NCBI GenBank assembly: GCA_951406725.2
Contig: OX597825.1
Location: 53,692,001-53,756,000 of the forward strand
DNA length: 64,000 nt
DNA from: Octopus vulgaris
Lineage: Eukaryota
Direction: 5' to 3'
Below, piece by piece: positions 42,490 through 55,479 of this stretch; positions within the stretch are counted from its first letter, which is position 1; every line of letters begins with the position of its first letter. The notes beneath the pieces were generated by a model. The model worked only from the letters and a program-made list of their open reading frames with translations. It ran no database searches and was not told the DNA's origin. A program made the position numbers and the translations under genes.

Positions 42490-43832
42490 GTCAGTCTGTG
42501 TCTATCTATCCATTTGTGTGTGTGTGTGTTTTTATGTATGTATTCATAAATATAAACATGTGTATACAGTGAGAGTGAGAGATAGTGAGAGAGCGAACAA
42601 GGGATAGAGAGTGAAAGATTTTCCATTTCTTTTATTCGTCATTTTGATAGCAGAATCCACCATTTCCATTACATGCGTTTTCAGATTTCATTATATTTAA
42701 TAAATGTTCTGCTGAAGGTATACATCCGACAACATATTCAAACATTCATTTAGAACTTGTGGTGCCAATAGGTATGGCATGCAATAACAGGATTACTAGT
42801 GTGTGTACTCATGGCCAAGCTGTGGTATCACACAAGAAATCCATGTAGTATTTAAATTGTTATGCATCTCATCTACTACTGAATATTATGGAGAGTCGAA
42901 AAGAAGGAAGTGGAGTGAACTCGATTGAGATATTAGGTGTACGTGTAGCCATAACTGCTAACTGTATCTATGCTCATGACATTTAACTCACTGAAGATAC
43001 TAGAATGTGGCATAGGTCACTGTAATGTTCTCTGACCAAGACACTTATCTGTCAACAATTCGATCTTCCTCGATGTATGAGTAAATTTGTTACTTAAAAA
43101 GACCAAATACCAGAAGCCTAACACATAAGAAAATAAAATATATCTAGCTCAGCGCAAAAGAAAAGAAAGTGTGATATCTTCTGACACTTCATGGACATAG
43201 CAATATAACTTCAAGACAGAGTATTCAAACATAGCACAAGATGTGATGACAGGATAAATGTAAAATTGAATAAGAAATTTGTAAAAGAAGAAATAAAATG
43301 GCGTCTAGAGAGATAAACTAAATAATTTAGATAGGTTAACAGCTATGTGACACCAAGTGAAAACTGCTTTCTGCTTTGTTCCTCAAAAACGAAAATAGTC
43401 ATGTTATGTGCTGAGTCAATAATGAGGTTTAACAGAATATCGTCATAGCAGTAGCCATAGTTAGGTTTTCGAGAGAGAAAAAGATACACGGTCTGATAAT
43501 AGTTGTCAAATAAAGACGAATTTTGGATATTTTGCCTTTTTTTAACGTTCTTTTTACAGCCATGTAATATAAAGGTAGTTGTGGCCAGCCCAAAAAGATA
43601 TTTTATGGATTATCAAAGGAAGGGCTCAAATGTTCCTATTTCCGTATCAATAATTTGTGTTACGGCAACAAAACAATTTATTATCTTTCCTGACAATAGT
43701 TCAGGACATAGAAAAGAGTTGCATATTTTAGGGAGAAAGAAATTCTATGAATATGCATACTTACAGGCATGCATACATACGTACACACACGCACACATAT
43801 ACACACACACACATACACACACACACACACAT

Positions 43833-43877
<45 letters not shown>

Positions 43878-44030
43878 ATATATACGAATATATACAGATG
43901 TATATACATGTATAAAAATGTGTATATATAGATATATATAAAGATATACATATATGTATACATATATATATATATATATACGTAAATATATATATATTTA
44001 TATAGCCTCATTATTACGGATAACCATATA

Positions 44031-44076
<46 letters not shown>

Positions 44077-44374
44077 TATATATATATCATTTCCCCTTCT
44101 CCCTCCTCTTCTCCTCTTTCCTTTTCCCCTCCTCTTTCCTTTCCCCCTTCCTCTCTCCCACTCTCCCACTCCCCACTCTCCCCCTCATCTCTCCTCTCTT
44201 ATCTCTCCCCCTCCTCCCCCTTATCTCCTCCCTCCTCCTCCCCTCTCCCCCTCATCTCCTCTCTCTACACTACACCATACGACTTTACACATCACATCAT
44301 ATATACATACACACGTCCAGACCTCTCATACTCACTACATACTCTCTCATACACACACACACACTCTTATGTTG

Positions 44375-44668
44375 GGGCGAGGTCATTTAACCCTGTTATC
44401 TCCCCTAATTTCGCTCTTGCGTCTCACGTTTGATCTTTGACTTCTGCCCGAAATCAGATCGCCATGTTGATACGCTAGCCTCTGCACGCATTTTTTTTCT
44501 CTCCTTGTTTCTTTCTGTGTTTCTTTTCTGTGTATCTTTCTGTTGAAGAGCGTAGGCTCGAAACGTAAAAGACTTGTTTTATTTATATTCCTGAGCGCCA
44601 TACTAATACAATTGTTTGTTTGTATTCCACCAGCCTTCGTCTTTTGTTTATTTTCATAAAGCTTCCCG

Positions 44669-44670
<2 letters not shown>
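44375..44670 (+). mobile_element. Penelope-pLTR-like 3' fragment with a minimal hammerhead (44535-44572)
   Basis: TCTTT-CTGTTGA-A-GAGC-GTAG-GCTC-GAAA-CG-TA-AAAGA. Ends in (TA)n. Confidence 0.6.
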
Positions 44671-44707
<37 letters not shown>

Positions 44708-44710
<3 letters not shown>

Positions 44711-44828
44711 ACAATTGAGGGTAAAATTAATTAGTTATCAATCAATTTCACCAAGTAGTGTTCAGTATGTAAAAGGACCATTTAAGGCGAATTTAAAATA
44801 TTACATTATATAATTAGGGCTTAGTAAA
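44708..44828 (-). repeat. Terminal fragment of the same family as the 31403-32398 palindrome
   Basis: CAACAATTGAGGGTAAAATTAATT..TTTCACCAAGTA..TTCAGTATGTAAA.GGACCATTT.AGGCGAATT.AAAATATTACATTATA..GGGCTTAGTAAA is the reverse complement of ~32280-32395. Confidence 0.85.
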
Positions 44829-44916
44829 CTAAGTAAACATACAATAGTAAACTTAGTAAACTTAGTAAACTTAGTAAACTTAGTAAACATACAATAATAT
44901 ATAATAAAATATTAAT

Positions 44917-45900
44917 ATGATTGATTGATTGATTGATTGATTCTAGTTTCAGCTTATGAGATGTGGCCATGCTGGGGCACCGCCATTTGGTGTTGCTACT
45001 TGGTTTCACTTCATGGAGGCTTTCTAGCAACTGCTATTTGGTGCATGAGAGAGTTCGATGCAGCTGCCCTCATCTGCCCCTCCTGCCGTGAAGTTGGTTC
45101 ATCTGGGACACCTGACAGGAAGAGATCCAGCTCCATTTTAAAGACATCTGTATCCACCCCATGCAGGTCTCTCAGGTTCTTCGGGAGGATATTGAAGAGC
45201 TGTGGGCCTCGGAAGCCCAGGCTATCACAGAATCTTGTCCTACATCTTGATGGCAAGTTTGAGTCCTAGGCACCACGCAGTGGCGCCCAGTTCTGGCATT
45301 TGCGTAACTCTCGATGCCAAAGTTCAGGACACTTCCCTCCAGGATCTTCCAGATGTATATTATGGCATATCTTTCCCGCCTACGCTCCAGGGAATATAAT
45401 TTTAATCTCTTGAGTCTTTCCCAGTAGCTTACATTCTGCATAGAGGCTATCTTCTTCGTGTAGCTTCGTTGGATCGCCTCAAGTTCTGTGATCAACTTGA
45501 CACTGGATGGTGACCATAGCTGAGAGCAATAGTCAAAGTGGCTTAGGACAAGTGTCTTCCAGAGGACCATCATGGTTTCTTGTTCTCTTGCTCTAAAGGT
45601 TCTAAGAATCCATCCAGCCAGCCGTCTGCATTTCATTGTCAGTTTAGCAACATGTACATGAAAGGTCGCGTCATCACTCATGTGAATACCCAGGTCACGC
45701 ACTGATTGTGCCTCTGGGATTGCAATCCCTCCGGGTCCAGTGTATTCCTTGGGTATTGCATTCAGTTTTGCATGCTGATAGTATAAAGCTTGAAACTTTT
45801 CAGCATTGAACTGCATGCTATTCTTTTCAGCCCACTTGTATATTTCGTCCAGCTCATATTGCAGGTGCCTAGTGTCTTCAGGGTTCTGTATTGCCTGTGA
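44917..45900 (-). mobile_element. 5'-truncated CR1/L2-group LINE
   Basis: MQFNAEKF..VRDLGI..WILRTF..DYCSQLWSP..LEAIQR..YWERLKRLKLYSLERRRERY; (ATCA)n tail. Same clade as 32432-36298. Confidence 0.9.
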
Positions 45901-45979
45901 AATATGTTAAGATATATTAAATATATTAAAATATAGGCGGCTACAGCAATTGAAACCAAAAAGGTAATATTGATAAATA

Positions 45980-46629
45980 AGGGAGCAACATATCACCGAC
46001 AATTGCTAGAAATGATAGCCAAAATCTAACTCGAATAGTCGCACAAAAGCACTAACCTCATGAAGTATTCGGAGCTGAGAGCAGCAAGCTACAACATCTT
46101 TGTTAGATGAGATATACAAACAAAATGAAAAAAAAATGATAAAACCTTTTCACGTGATTTCGAAATTTGAACAACAAGAACTTGTTTCTCGTCAGAGGTT
46201 TCTACAATTACTCCGGGTTAAAAGAGATTGCTTGCCTCCATTATATTATTATAATACCTTACTGTATGTTACCAATATATTATTATAATATCTTGTTTTA
46301 TGTTACTATACACTTCAACCGTTTTGAATTTTAGCGCTCGCTTTTCAAGGGTTTTTCTCATAAAGAAGTGGGATGCAAGCTATCTCTTTTAACTCGAAGT
46401 AATTGTGAAAACATCTGATGAGAAACAAGATCATGTCGATCCAATTTAAAAATCAGGTGAATAGGTTTTATCAAACTATTTCATTTTGTAAGTGTATCTC
46501 GCCCAAGAAAGATGTTATGGCTTGCTACTCGTAGTCCCGAATATTTCATGAGGTTAGTACTTTTGTTTGGTTGTGCGAGTAAAATTTTGGCGCTCATTTC
46601 TAGCAATTGTAGGTGCTATTTTGCACCCT
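45980..46629. mobile_element. MITE with ~260-bp imperfect TIRs
   Basis: 45980-46242 vs reverse complement of 46368-46629 (ACAATTGCTAGAAATGA, CTAACCTCATGAA.TATTCG, CTTGTTTCTC.TCAGA). Termini AGGG(A/T)GCAA. Confidence 0.8.
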
Positions 46630-46799
46630 CAAAAAATATATATATATATGTGTGTGTGTGCGCGTATAAACATAGACATCTATTCATCCATACACACACA
46701 TGCACACACACATATATATATATACGCATATATATTTATACGTACACACAGACACACACATATATATATATACGCATATATATTTATACGTACACACAG

Positions 46800-46886
<87 letters not shown>

Positions 46887-46924
46887 TATAGATAGATAGA
46901 TAGATAGATATAGTGGTTGTCTAT

Positions 46925-47915
46925 TCCTTATGCAGAGTTTGACCACCTGTTGTACCTACACCTTAAATCCATCATGACGCCTGATGTGGCCTTTTAAACC
47001 AAACAATGTATTAAAAAGACACCCATATAGATTGCATACCAGACTTCGACCTCTGAGTAAGGTTCTTATCTTTGTGGATCTTAAAATTTCTTTTGAGGCC
47101 TTTGTTAGATTTGCGGACCTTATGGCATACTCGTCATTGAAAGGTGTGCACCGATATATAGGTAAAATATTTTCTGGATGTTCGTTTTGCATGCCTCCGA
47201 AAATGAGAATTGAGCCCAGCGAAAGAAAGGCATGGTCTGTTACAAAGTGTGCGCACAAAAAAATCTCTGAGATTCATCTTCTCGATCGCAACATTCTTCT
47301 TTAAATCTCTCTTGTGTCTTGCATATGTTATTCTGGCCTCCTCAAACGCTTTCACCCCACTCCACACTTTTGTTTGCCATCCAGCACGATCCGAAGCAAG
47401 GGTTTCTATGGCCTTTGAATCCATTCCAAGTGACTTCATGCTAGTCCTTATGTCGTCCTTAAACCTCCTTTTAGGGTTACACTGATATCGTTTCCTCTCT
47501 GCAAGCTCGCAATAAAACAGCTGTTTGGGTGTGTGTTCATCCGCCATTCAAACAATATGGCCAGACCATCTCATTTGGTTTTTCATAATCATTGATTTAA
47601 TTGAAGTGATGCAAGCAGACGCATACACATCTGTGTCTGGAGTAAAAGAATTCCCATTAATGTTTAAAACGCAGTGAATTCATTTTTAATGGAATCGTTA
47701 TAGCAATTTGAAATATCTTTTAAAACACGTTCATGTTTCAGAAGAAATACAACATGGATGGTAAGACAAACGATTTGTAAAGAGCCAATTTTATGTTGCT
47801 ATCTATATGACGTTGGTGTCAAACGCGTGACTCCAAACCCTCAAATGCTTGTGCAGCTCTTTGAATAGCTGTGAAAAATGAAAAACATTTATCATCAAGT
47901 TTCCTGGACCAATTG
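46925..47915 (-). mobile_element. RTE (BovB-like) LINE 3' fragment with C-terminal C2H2-like fingers
   Basis: MRWSGHIV.MADEHTPKQLFYCEL..KRRFKDDIR..DRAGW..LCNRPCLSFAGLNSHFRRH, plus a second CNLYGCLFNTLFGLKGHIRRH. Confidence 0.88.
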
Positions 47916-48294
47916 GTTTCTAATCATCTTTTAGCGAATCATGGAGAACTCACAAGGTTTGATTTTCTTTAGCAGGTCCAACCTGGTGCTAAAATATCTA
48001 TACGAGACAAACAAAGCTACCTGTCTCGTGTTTATACGAGCTAACGTTTCGAATTTACTGCGCAGAAAATGCTTTTAAGTTTAATTAAATTCCATTTCCC
48101 TTTGATATGATTAAATATATAGATAGATAGATATATAAATAGATGAGTGTATTTTTGCCTTGTTAACAATAAACACGGAAAAATAAATAGATAGTTATCA
48201 GGGTAGCAAAAATCTCACATTTATTTATTCATACATACATACATATATATATATGTATATATATATGTATATGTATATGTATATATATGTATAC

Positions 48295-48359
<65 letters not shown>

Positions 48360-48361
<2 letters not shown>

Positions 48362-48652
48362 GGCACGTGGCTTAGCGGTTAAGGTATTCGGCTCACGATC
48401 TTGAGTTCGATTCCCGCCGATGCGTTGAGTCCTTGAGCAAGACACTTTATTTCACGTTGCTCCAGTCTACTCAAATGAGTTGCACCTGTACTTCAAAGGA
48501 CCGGCCTTTTCATGCTGAGTCTCCCTGAGAACTACGTTAGGGGTACACGTGTCTGTGGATTGCTCAATCACTTGCACGTTAATTTCACTCGCAGACTGTT
48601 CCATTGAACGTATCAGCTGGGATCGTCTTCGTCGTAACCGACGAAGTGCTCC
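48360..48652 (+). mobile_element. SINE family D (tRNA head + TCCTTGAGCAAGACACTT core)
   Basis: GTGGCTTAGCGGTTAAGG (A box), GAGTTCGATTCCC (B box), core motif; flanked by (TA)n. Confidence 0.75.
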
Positions 48653-48660
48653 TTTATGTT

Positions 48661-48730
<70 letters not shown>

Positions 48731-48733
<3 letters not shown>

Positions 48734-49271
48734 TCATTTCACTAAATTTATAAAGCTTCTGTGTTCCTAGCACATATTTCGCCTTAATGTACTGATATAT
48801 GGAAAATATATGGCTTGTGTTAGAAATACCAGCGATTATAATTATTTTTATTTTATCGCAATTTGATTTGTTTACATATTTCTCGATAAATTTTGAGCGC
48901 TAGACGATATACCAGAAATCCCTAGTTTTGTCGGGACGTTCGGAGTCTGCGCAGTGATATGATTAGTTAGAGAGAGTAAATCATTAGAAGCACATGCTTC
49001 TAGTGAGTTAGGATCTCAGAAAAACAGGGCTCTCACTGATGAATTCTCCCTGAGCAAATAAATTATCTTTATTGCTGAAAAGAAAGAAACTGCAGTCTGA
49101 GAATAACCGAGTTAGTAAATGTTTTTATCTTCATTTCACTAAATTTATCAAGCTTCTGTGTTCCTAGCACATATTTCGCCTTAATGTACTGATATATGGA
49201 AAATATATGGCTTGTGTTAGACATACCAGCGATTATAATTATTTTTATTTTATCGCAATTTGATTTGTTTA
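48731..49271 (+). mobile_element. Retrozyme/pLTR-like element: 397-nt monomer plus 144-nt terminal direct repeat, with one hammerhead
   Basis: 48731-48874 repeats at 49128-49271 with 2 mismatches. Non-coding; (TA)n on both sides. Confidence 0.8.
49031..49102 (+). ncRNA. Type I hammerhead ribozyme, canonical core
   Basis: Stem I TCTCA/TGAGA; CTGATGA 49036-42; long stem II TTCT..AGCA.ATAAA-TTATC-TTTAT-TGCT..AGAA; GAAA 49086-89; palindromic stem III A-CTGCAG-T; GUC triplet, predicted cut after 49097. Confidence 0.85.
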
Positions 49272-49299
49272 TATATATATATATAAATATATATATATA

Positions 49300-49945
49300 A
49301 AACAAAGTGGAATTCTGGGGTACCGCACGAGTGGAATTATATAAGAAAGAAGGTTTGAAAATGCAATTTAAAAGATGTTTATTTACTTTACCGGTTTCAC
49401 TCTTTGGAAAAAGATTGTCATAAGTAACATGTAGAAGTTTGGTTGCGTTAATTATTGGTTGTTGCAAATTGCTACATTACATATATACAGTCTTTGGTAA
49501 CAGGGACATGTTAAGGTCATAAAAAAGTTCAACAAGTTCCTTAAAATATTGGGCACAAAAGATTACTACATAAATAATCGTTCTCAAGGACATACTTAAG
49601 ATAGTTTCCAGAAGGAATTGATGTTGGTATTGTATCTGTATATTCAAACATGCACTTCTGTGCATGTTTGAATATACAGATACAATACCAACATATTGGT
49701 TGACACAGAATACTATAATCCATATAAATATACATTCTTTGGTGACGAGAGTATGTTGAGAATATAAAAAAGTTTAACAGGCTCATTGAAATAATGGGCA
49801 CAAGTGATTACAACAAATATATTATACATCTCAAGATAATTTACAAGAAGAATTATTTAAAAAGTTCAGTATACACGTACAGAATATTATGAGTTCAAAA
49901 AGATTTACATTATAATAGTGGTGAAGCTAAAACTGACCTGTCCGT

Positions 49946-49950
<5 letters not shown>
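49300..49950 (-). mobile_element. Family C copy with decayed hammerhead (49384-49426) and an internal perfect hairpin
   Basis: GGTACCGCACGAGTGGAATTATATAAGAAAGAAGGTTTGAAAATGCAATT matches the reverse complement of 23515-23565. Reverse complement of 49384-49426: TACTT-ATGACAA-TCTTT..AAAGAGT-GAAA-CCGG-TA-AAGTA. Confidence 0.7.
49621..49694. repeat. Perfect 35-bp inverted repeat with 4-nt loop
   Basis: ATGTTGGTATTGTATCTGTATATTCAAACATGCAC-TTCT-GTGCATGTTTGAATATACAGATACAATACCAACAT. Confidence 0.95.
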
Positions 49951-50021
<71 letters not shown>

Positions 50022-50258
50022 ATAATAATTGCATCGTAGAAGATGTTTTTAAGCCATTTAAGAACATGCAAAAAGCCGTTAGTTCACTTCAACATTTAAA
50101 TTTAATTTAAATCAACTTATTTTCGTCGCTTTCAAACCGCGACCTGTTCACTGACAAAACTTTGTGTTGCATCGCATACACACACACACACACATACACA
50201 CAAACGCTCACACACACACACATATATACGTACATGTATACATATACATGTATTCATA

Positions 50259-50296
<38 letters not shown>

Positions 50297-51227
50297 TTCA
50301 CGTATATTTTTATATAGGTACACATACATACGTATGTATGTGTATATGTGCATGTGCGTTTGTGTGTGGGGACAGCTGTCAATGGGAATATGTGTATGTG
50401 AGTTTGAATTGATAAAATTTTAAGTTATATTTATATATACATTTAATTATATTTTTAGCAGATGTTTTAGATATAGCGTTTTTACCAGAGAAATATATCT
50501 TATATACAGTTTAGTATTCCTCATCCCTTTATACATCTTTTATCATCTATATGTTGTTATATGATTCATCAGTTGTTTCTATATTTTCCAATTCTGGCAC
50601 GTACATCTGAATGTATTGTTAAAATCGACTCAGAATTACTAAAGGAATGCATTTATGCTTTACCGACAAAGTAACAAAGTAACAATGTAGGCCATAATCC
50701 TAACCTGAAATCTATTTTCAATAATTTGAATAACCTAAACCAGAATAACCATAAAAGATAATTATTAAACAAAACGAGAAACCCTATCACTTCTAGAGTC
50801 AAATGTCTAACTTATAAAGGCTAATATAAGTCTACAGATAAACCCCACGATCAAATATCAGCATCCGACATTAAAAAATATAAACAAGCATGACCGTGCA
50901 GTAAGAATCTGTGTCTATTCAGATACTCACAAATAGCCAGCTGATTTATTAAAAAATAATTAATGCCGACAATTAATCTTGACAATGATATAATCCCGGG
51001 TAATTTTATGCACCGTGTCCTTCTGAGATTCTTTCTTCTATTGATGACGGTAAAGCTTATTTAAAGCAAAACCAGAAATCCTGGATCTTGAATTATTCAA
51101 TAACTTTTGCTTGTATATTTTGTCCCTCTGTCTTGTCTCATGGTACGCTATGAACACTTAACGTGGTTTTTATAGTCAGAATTTCGACTGCTATTTCGGC
51201 ATGTTGGTGTCTCTCAGACACTCTCAT

Positions 51228-51303
<76 letters not shown>

Positions 51304-53080
51304 ATAAAAGCACACAGATATATAAGCATTTATAGATTTCTCTTTAATCTACTCACATTTCCCTGGTTCATACAGTTCACACCATTAGTTCTCGATATCA
51401 ACTTTTCAGTTACATGGAACACCACAGAAAGGAGCTCGGATTCCACACCAAGCTTTTCTTTGGGTGGTCCAGTTCTAGAAACAGCAGAGATATAACTCTC
51501 TCCGAGGAAACCCTGGCAATATAAAACGGGTCAGTTACATGGGATGGTTGAGCTTTACTTATGTATTGCTCGAAAACAGTCAGCATATTCACGTTTGAAG
51601 TGTCTTTGATCGTGAATCTGCGCTATTAAAGGTGCTGTGAAGCAAAACACCAAGAACAATAACAGTAATAATATAAACCACAACAACAAGCACTCGAACG
51701 AAATAGTGCATTATTTGGCTACAATCCTTCGCTGGTGCCACAATAGCTTTAAAAAATGACGACAGTGTCAGATAAAAGAATCGTGTTTAGCATCGTATAT
51801 AATATGAATGGCTGGGTCAGGTTTGGAGCGTAGATAATTGATCAAGAGAAAAGCTAAATATATATATATTGAGAGTGAAAGAGAAAGAGTGAAAGAGATA
51901 TGGAGGGAGAAAGAGAAAGAGAAGTAAATATACATTTCTTTAACACCACAGAAGAAGGACATAGAAATACCATGTTTAAAAATACCTGAATATACTTAGT
52001 ACATGCTTCTTGCACAGAATTTAGCGTTAGTAAAAGAACTATGAGTATATGGCAATATATATACATATGTGTGTGTGTGTGTGTGTGTGTGTATTTATTT
52101 ATTTATGTATATGTATGTACATGTGTGTATGTGTGTGTGTGCGTGTGTGAAAGGATATATATATATATATATATATGGATATATATGCGACTATATTATA
52201 TAGAGGGGCATGCTTAGGTATATGTATGCTAGTCTATGTATTACGTAAATTCATATATATATATATTTATATATATATATATATTCATACATACATACAT
52301 ACATATATACATAAATACATACATACATAAATGTGAATAAATAGAACTATATCTGAACACACGTATGCATTTATATTTACATATATAAAATAATAAAAAT
52401 AGTAATAATAATAATAATAATAATAATCACATGTGTGTATAAATATATATGCATGTTATGTGTATGTACGTTGAATGTATCGACTACATAAATCACAGTT
52501 CCAAAACTGTCATTAGAAATTATATCAAATTCCCTTATTCATTTTACATTAAAAAATGAAAAAAATATCTCTTCCAGAGTATGTGAGCAGACATATTTTA
52601 TAGACGTTGGTTTTAGGGAAATTTCCGTCCAGCGGGGAAGATTGGAAATTTTAATAGTTGTGTTAGGTTTTGCAATTTGATCTATACTTGCTTTCTCTCC
52701 ACACAACTTACTGAATAAATCACAAGCTGAAGTCTATTATCAAAGTCATTTTCTTTTTTAGTCCTTTCTCCCCCACCTTTCAAGCAAGGAGAATTACTTA
52801 CAAACTGCAGTCGTTTGCATTTAAGATAAATAACAGCCTAACCGATATAAATCTATCTTTACGTTAAGTAGTCATGACATAAGAACGACATTCTTATCAA
52901 GTTAAGAGCAAAGTGATTACTGTTTCAATTCCCTGCTGAATTCACTTCATTTCATTACCACCAACCAATGTATCTGATGCCAGCTTAATAGCTAAATACC
53001 TGATTTTGTACAGCATCTCAACATTAAAATATATGTTGTATGTACCTAGTGAAATTGTCACCAGTATCATTTGATATTCT

Positions 53081-53300
53081 AAGGCAGACTGCTGGCAAAA
53101 TCTTATGCGTGCCGGGTAAAATGTTTACTGGTGTTTCAACAGTTTTTACGTTCTTATTTCAAATTCCGTCGAGGTGAGACTTTGCCATTCTTTATTTCAG
53201 TGTCTATACAATAAGAACAAGTTGAGTACTGGGTTAGATGTAATGGACTTATCCCTTCCCTTAAATTTTTGGTCTTGTGCCAAAATTTGAAATTAATATT
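53081..53300 (+). mobile_element. SINE family B, older copy
   Basis: GCTGGCAAAATC..GCCGGGTAAAATG..TTCAAATTCCGTCGAGGT..GACTTTGCC. Confidence 0.7.
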
Positions 53301-53442
53301 ATTTTATACCCTCATCAGATAAATAGATTAGACCGTAGTGCTTCACATTTCACAGTTTGATATAACCTTCAGTTTGGAAAATTATGTTGAACGATATATG
53401 TGTGCGCAAATGGTATACTATTTAGTAATATGTACTATTAAC

Positions 53443-53662
53443 AAGGCGGTGAGCTGACAGAAACGTTAGCACGCTGGACGAAATGATTAGCGGTATTTCG
53501 TCTGTCTTTACGTTCTGTGTTCAAATTCCGCTGAGGTCGACTTTGCCTTTCATCCTTTAGGTTTCGATAAATTAAGTACCAGTTGCGTACTGAGGTCGAT
53601 CTAAACGACTGACCACCTCCCCTAAAATTTTGGGTATTTTGCCTAGAGTAGAAAAGAATATT
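53443..53662 (+). mobile_element. SINE family B
   Basis: AAGGCGGTGAGCTGACAGAAACGTTAGCACG..TTCAAATTCCGCTGAGGTCGACTTTGCCTTTCATCC..GATAAATTAAGTACCAG. Confidence 0.85.
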
Positions 53663-55023
53663 TACTATTAGCTAAAGAAGTAGTACAGTAGAGAGAATAT
53701 ATTTTCAAAATAGTCATATCAACACAAACACTGAGATACTCCTTTCATTTCATCGATATTCTAACTGTATCCTGAAATATATTTGACCTTCATTAAAGTT
53801 ATTGGTGAAGGCGCTTGGCGTAGTAGTTTGAGACTTGCGCTTATAATCTTATATTGCCGGTTCAGTCTTCGAAATTGACTGCGTATTACGCCATTGTACA
53901 TGAATTTCATATTTTTATTCCATTCAACTGTCAGTGAATAACAGCGACAGCTGATGGGTCTGCAGACACGAGACACATATATATAGGGAACAGTAACATA
54001 CCAAATTTAGAGAATGAATACGTTTAACGAAGTTCGTGGTGCTATATTTGGTTTCATCAAACCCTGAATAGCAAGTGTGAGTATAAAAATTGTACGAGAC
54101 CGATTGAAAACAATAAAGTTTGAGATATATCGCATATGTCAAATATATTCAACCTTGTTATTTTACCAGAACTAAAGCTTAATTTAGCAGGAAATATATG
54201 CACACAGAAACATGAATAGCTATATTTGGTTGTGATATTTTAAAAACAAAATGTACACCAAAGTTCACTAGCGAAAACAAAAAAAAAATGAAAAATATTC
54301 ATTTATAGAGTTTAAAGGTCAATTTAGTTTGATGTTCGTTCACTACATTTTATTACGTGTGTCTGAGTGCTTTATTTAAATCCTCCGTTACGTTTGTTGT
54401 TTAATTTCCAAAACACATTCAAATAACCCTCACATACGTAAATTCTCATTCTGGACTATACACAGCATGCATCCACCAGACACACACATACATTAACTTA
54501 CACATAAGCAGATGTGCACACACACACAGATACATACACACGCACACACGCACAAACACGCACGTACACACGTACAAACACGCACGCACACACGCACACA
54601 CGCACAAACACGCACGCTCACACTCACACACACACAAACACACGCACACACAAACACACACATGTATGTATATATTTACAGGCAAACCTCAACAACTCTA
54701 ATTCCTTTATATCTTTAATCTATTCAATACTAGTCTCGGTAATTGCATTAGTAAAACAGCTGCAGCAGAGTTATGGCTCTTTCTTTGTAGTTTCTTTGCT
54801 AAGTGAATTAAACCTTTGCTCAGACAACACAACACAACAAACACAACAAGCAAAACAAACACAATAAACACAACGACAACTGAACTGAGAAATATTTTAT
54901 TATTATCATTTATTTTTTTTACTATTATTATTTCTTTGTAGAGCAATTAGATATAAAAAAATCCAATAAAAATAAACATTACTATATATATACATGCATG
55001 CATATATACACGCATATACATGC

Positions 55024-55060
<37 letters not shown>

Positions 55061-55216
55061 CACTCACAAAAATCTTCGATGATTTGATTCATTATTAATT
55101 ATTTAGACGGTAATTTTTCACTGTTCCTGTCTTGCCTGACAGCTTACAATCTTGCTAAATTCGCTATATTCAAAATTTGTTTATCTTGTTGAATAACCGC
55201 CGAGACATCCACACAG

Positions 55217-55258
<42 letters not shown>

Positions 55259-55479
55259 CCTACATATATATGTACGTGAATGCAAAGAACACAGGTAGAA
55301 CGCAAGACTCCACTTTGCAAACAGGAAGAAAAAAGTCACAAATTTGCACAAGCCCAAACACGCACACAAACACACACACACACACACACACATACTGATA
55401 TGCACACACGCCTGAGCTGAAATTTCTAGTTTTCTTAGCTTAGAATCTTATTTTAAACAGGTTTATTGGTCAGTTGGTC

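Noticed and set aside
51405-51600. Possible host exon after TTTTCAG
   Set aside because: Stops occur in all three + frames within about 110 nt; no recognisable protein or clear donor site.
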